A stretch of 64,000 nucleotides of DNA from Eledone cirrhosa. Lineage: Eukaryota. Position numbers and translations under genes: made by a program. The DNA is taken from NCBI GenBank assembly GCA_964016885.1, contig OZ024740.1, forward strand, positions 205,220,001 through 205,284,000, written 5' to 3'. Below the pieces are notes generated by a model that was given only the letters and a program-made list of their open reading frames with translations, made no database searches and was not told the origin of the DNA. This document shows, piece after piece, positions 60,872 through 64,000 of this stretch (position 1 is its first letter; each line of letters opens with the position of its first letter).

Positions 60872-61063
60872 TAATTGTTTCTATTTTTGGCACAAGGCCA
60901 GCAATTATCCCAGTGTATTACTGGTACTTTATTTTATCGACCTCTTAAGGATGAAAGGTAAAGTCAACCTCGGCGGGATTTGAACTCAGACCATAAAGGG
61001 CCGTAACTCTTTGCTGCAAAGCATGGTGTCAGACCCTCTACCGATACTGCCAATCCACTGCCC

Positions 61064-61097
<34 letters not shown>

Positions 61098-61296
61098 ATG
61101 GCGGTGGATTGGCAGTATCAGTAGAGGGTCGGACGCCATGCTTTGCAGCACAGAGTTACGGCCCTTTACGGTCTGAGTTCAAATCCCGCTGAGGTTAACT
61201 TTGCCTTTCAACCTTATGGGGTTGATACAATAAAGTACCAGTAATACACTGGGATAATTGCTGGCCTTGTGTCAAAAGTAGAAACAATTATTATTA
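60872..61296. mobile_element. Head-to-head inverted pair of full-length SINEs separated by (TTA)n
   Basis: A - copy at 60872-61062 and a + copy at 61100-61296, both closely matching 2472-2665. Confidence 0.9.
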
Positions 61297-61656
61297 GTAT
61301 CATAATTATATCAGTGTGACAGTGTTTTGAATTACTGGTACAATCAGTCAGACAAGCTTCCAAACTGTTTCACTCTAAGTTATATAATGTAAAATAAATA
61401 AGGACAATTATTGTATACAGTGCTCAGGTGCACTGTACGTAATAATTTTCATTGTTTTTGTTTATTATGACAGCAAAACAAATGAAATATTCAATCAAAT
61501 TAATGATAGACAAAGTTGGTAAGCATTGGTAAGCAAAGTTGAAAGCAAAACAATGGACTGTTAAGCAAAAGCAGAAAAGAATTTAGGTATGTTTTTAACA
61601 GGATTTTCCATGTTTGTAAATATGGTAAAGTATTAAATAATTTATAAGATACTGAC

Positions 61657-61786
61657 CTGTGGTCCTGCGGTTAAGATGAACAGCCAACCAAAAGGAAGTG
61701 TACCATAGCCAGTGAGAGGAATCAAACCAAACAACCAACCGGTTCCAAACAGATGAATTTCACCAATGAATGTGACAACAATATTC
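61657..61786 (-). CDS. Adhesion/secretin-class GPCR, internal exon (TM6-ECL3-TM7 N-half)
   Basis: tttacAG|130 nt|GTCAGT encoding NIVVTFIGEIHLFGTGWLFGLIPLTGYGTLPFGWLFILTAGPQ. It matches the LxGxxWxFG (TM6) and xLFxxxxxxQ (TM7) patterns, with the intron after Q as is typical for this family. Confidence 0.8.
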
Positions 61787-61809
61787 CTGTAAAGAGTCAT
61801 GAGAGAAAC

Positions 61810-62105
61810 TAATGTAGGTACACTTGGGTAGAGTTAACCTGTGGTAGATTGGTGGTGCGGTGGGGTGAGGTGGAGGGAAGGATGAGTGGGTTGTAGCCAG
61901 TGGCCTCATACTGGAGATACACTTGGGTAGAGTTCACCTGTGGTAGATTGGTGGTGGGGTGAGTTGTAGCCAGGGTCTCCATATTGAAGATACATTTAGT
62001 GTTAACCCGTGGTAGATTGGTAGTGGGGTGGGGAAGGATGTGTAGGTTGTGACCAGGGGCCTCACAATGTAGGTACACTTAGCTAGTATTAACCAGCGGT
62101 ATATT
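61810..62105. repeat. Degenerate G-rich tandem repeat (about 75-100-bp units x 3-4)
   Basis: Recurring tacacttgggtagagtt.acctgtggtagattggtggtg.ggtg. Confidence 0.75.
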
Positions 62106-63612
62106 GGGGTAAGGGGTAGTGTGAGGATGACTGAGCTGTAGTCAAGGGCCCCACAATATTTAAAGGACCCCCAAATCAATGTATTTGCTGTCATAAAAAA
62201 TATGCAAGGGCCCAGATGAAAATTTCAGCCAGGGGCCCATACAAACTTAATCCATTCCTGGTGCTATCCCTTTTGATATTAAACCATTCAAGACAGCCCC
62301 AGGTTCTAAGATATAAAACCTCTCATTCTAAGATGTCTATATTTAAATTAAAACCTTCCATTATAATTTTAAGTAAGAACTTTTTGTTGTTCCAAATACC
62401 AACTTAATAATAAAAAAGTTAATTTATGTTACTCCCAAATCTTGATTATTTTCAAAGTTTATTTTATTAGAAATATGGTTAGTAATGGGTTAAATAAGAT
62501 TATAAGATACATAACATGTTTTCTTAAAACACTTTCTAAGGTTTCCAAATAATTTTGAAACTAAGCAAGAATTTGGGGTGATACATACATTCATACATAC
62601 AATTTCATATATTTTGATTTATGAATGTATGTATAGTATATTTGATAATATACTGTATGTTTAATTAAAAACATTTTGAAGAGTATTCACTATGAATTTT
62701 TAAAGTAGTGACTATGTCACTTATTCTCAGCAAAAACAAAAGGCAGTAATCGACAGTCCTGTTTCTCACTTGTTAGCAGTTATCAAGACTACTCACTCCT
62801 TCGCTTCTGCCGAGAACTACAGAAGATGGATTCTTATGGAATAAACAGAGCGGTTGCCGGTCCAGCAAAAATTAGGTATTAGTATTGGTGCTCTGAAATA
62901 ACGATGTATATATGAATGTATATATAGTATATTTGATTTATATTTATTTGTCAGTAAAGCTATCTATGTTAACCTTTTAAACACCAAACCACATAAAACT
63001 ATCTCATTAAATTGTTCAAATTTCAATTCAAATCATGAACTGAAAATAATTATTATATGACAGATAATATTAGATTTCAGTAGTTGAATATTAATCTTTT
63101 ATTATTAATTCTTAACATTCTGTAATGATTTCACAAAAATATCTAAAAACAGGTTTGTTAATTCAAATGTTTATAGTATCTTTACTAGTGGACAGATCAT
63201 AGTGAAAATTTGCAATAAACTAAAGTAATGACTAATTATGAATATGATATCATCATAGCGATGTTTTCTACTTGCTAGGAGAATTTTGCTAATGTGGTTT
63301 CTTGTGGTACAGGACATTAGGAGTGAAATTAAAAGGTGAGGGTGGTGAGTTGGTAGAATCATTAGAATGTCTGTGAAACTGCTTTGTAGCATTTAGTTAT
63401 GAATTTTTAGGTTCTAAGTTCAAATCCTGCTGAGGTCAACTTTGCCTTCCATCCTTCCGAGCTCAATAAATTCAAGTACCAGTCAAGTACTAGGGTTGAT
63501 ATAATCAACTTTCTTCTTCCATCAAATTGCTGTGCCTAAATGGGAAATCCTTAAATTAAAAGGTAATTATTTCATTAAACCTCTTCTAATTTGTTTTATT
63601 GGTTTCAGTCAT

Positions 63613-63699
63613 TAAACTGCAGCGATGCTGGTGTCTTGTCAATAAACTGCAGCGATGCTGGTGTCTTGTCAATAAACTACAGCGATACTGGTGTCTTGC
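63613..63699. repeat. 30-bp tandem repeat x3
   Basis: taaactgcagcgatgctggtgtcttgtcaa repeated. Confidence 0.85.
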
Positions 63700-63839
63700 T
63701 CTAGTCAATCATCTTGATCTCAGTACTACTTATTTTTTCATATCTGGTACTTAATTCATTGATCTTTTTTGTCAAACTGCTAAAATATGGAGGCCAACTT
63801 CATAGGAAGACCTTTTCCATGCCTGCTATCAGGAATGTA

Positions 63840-64000
63840 CCTAGGGTTTTCCTCTCTTCAGGGAGGTGCATTCTCATGAGGTGGAAAGAATACTTTGCTG
63901 ATCTCCTAAACCTGGTCACAACAGCATTTTCTGATGTACATGAGATGCATCAAGGAGCGATGACTAACTCTCAGAGACTGAGGTCACCAGAGCAATTAAA
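63840..64000 (+). mobile_element. RTE (Expander-like) LINE fragment running off the window
   Basis: ILMRWKEYFADLLN...TEVTRAIK, the RTE pre-RT linker. Confidence 0.65.

Noticed and set aside
62797-62891. Possible further GPCR exon (- strand; AG...GTGAGT; FAGPATALF or NFCW in different frames)
   Set aside because: All three frames contain stop codons, so it cannot be a simple coding exon as assembled.

Overview
This is AT-rich, repeat-dense animal genomic DNA, probably an octopus or another coleoid cephalopod. That assignment is inferred only from the repeat content: tRNA-head SINEs with a Meta-like core, RTE LINEs with (GAT)n/(TATG)n tails and abundant microsatellites. Two host genes are supported. 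One is a + strand BTB-BACK gene with a MATH-like C-terminus (BTBD17-like; coding exons 28749-29108 and 31745-32839, 484 aa spliced). The other is the last two coding exons of a - strand adhesion/secretin-class GPCR (61657-61786 and 58061-58225). Two CpG-richer patches (about 5.1-5.8 kb and 55.7-56.1 kb) look like divergent promoters with first exons. The rest is mostly mobile DNA: RTE LINE fragments of at least three families, a Helitron 3' remnant, an internally deleted CsRn1-type Gypsy LTR element, a non-coding LTR element with a related LTR start and PBS, a Naiad-type Penelope-like element, a Tx1/L1-clade LINE, MITEs and many SINEs. The most interesting signals are (1) a 37-nt GT-AG micro-intron whose removal would fuse Tx1 ORF1 to ORF2 in frame, (2) a 368-bp inverted pseudo-LTR pair with a U3-A8 variant minimal hammerhead in each arm, (3) a sense-strand hammerhead-like motif in the BTB gene intron, (4) an apparent autonomous/non-autonomous LTR partnership and (5) a cis-motif shared by unrelated transposon classes. 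All calls are by eye; no searches or folding programs were run.
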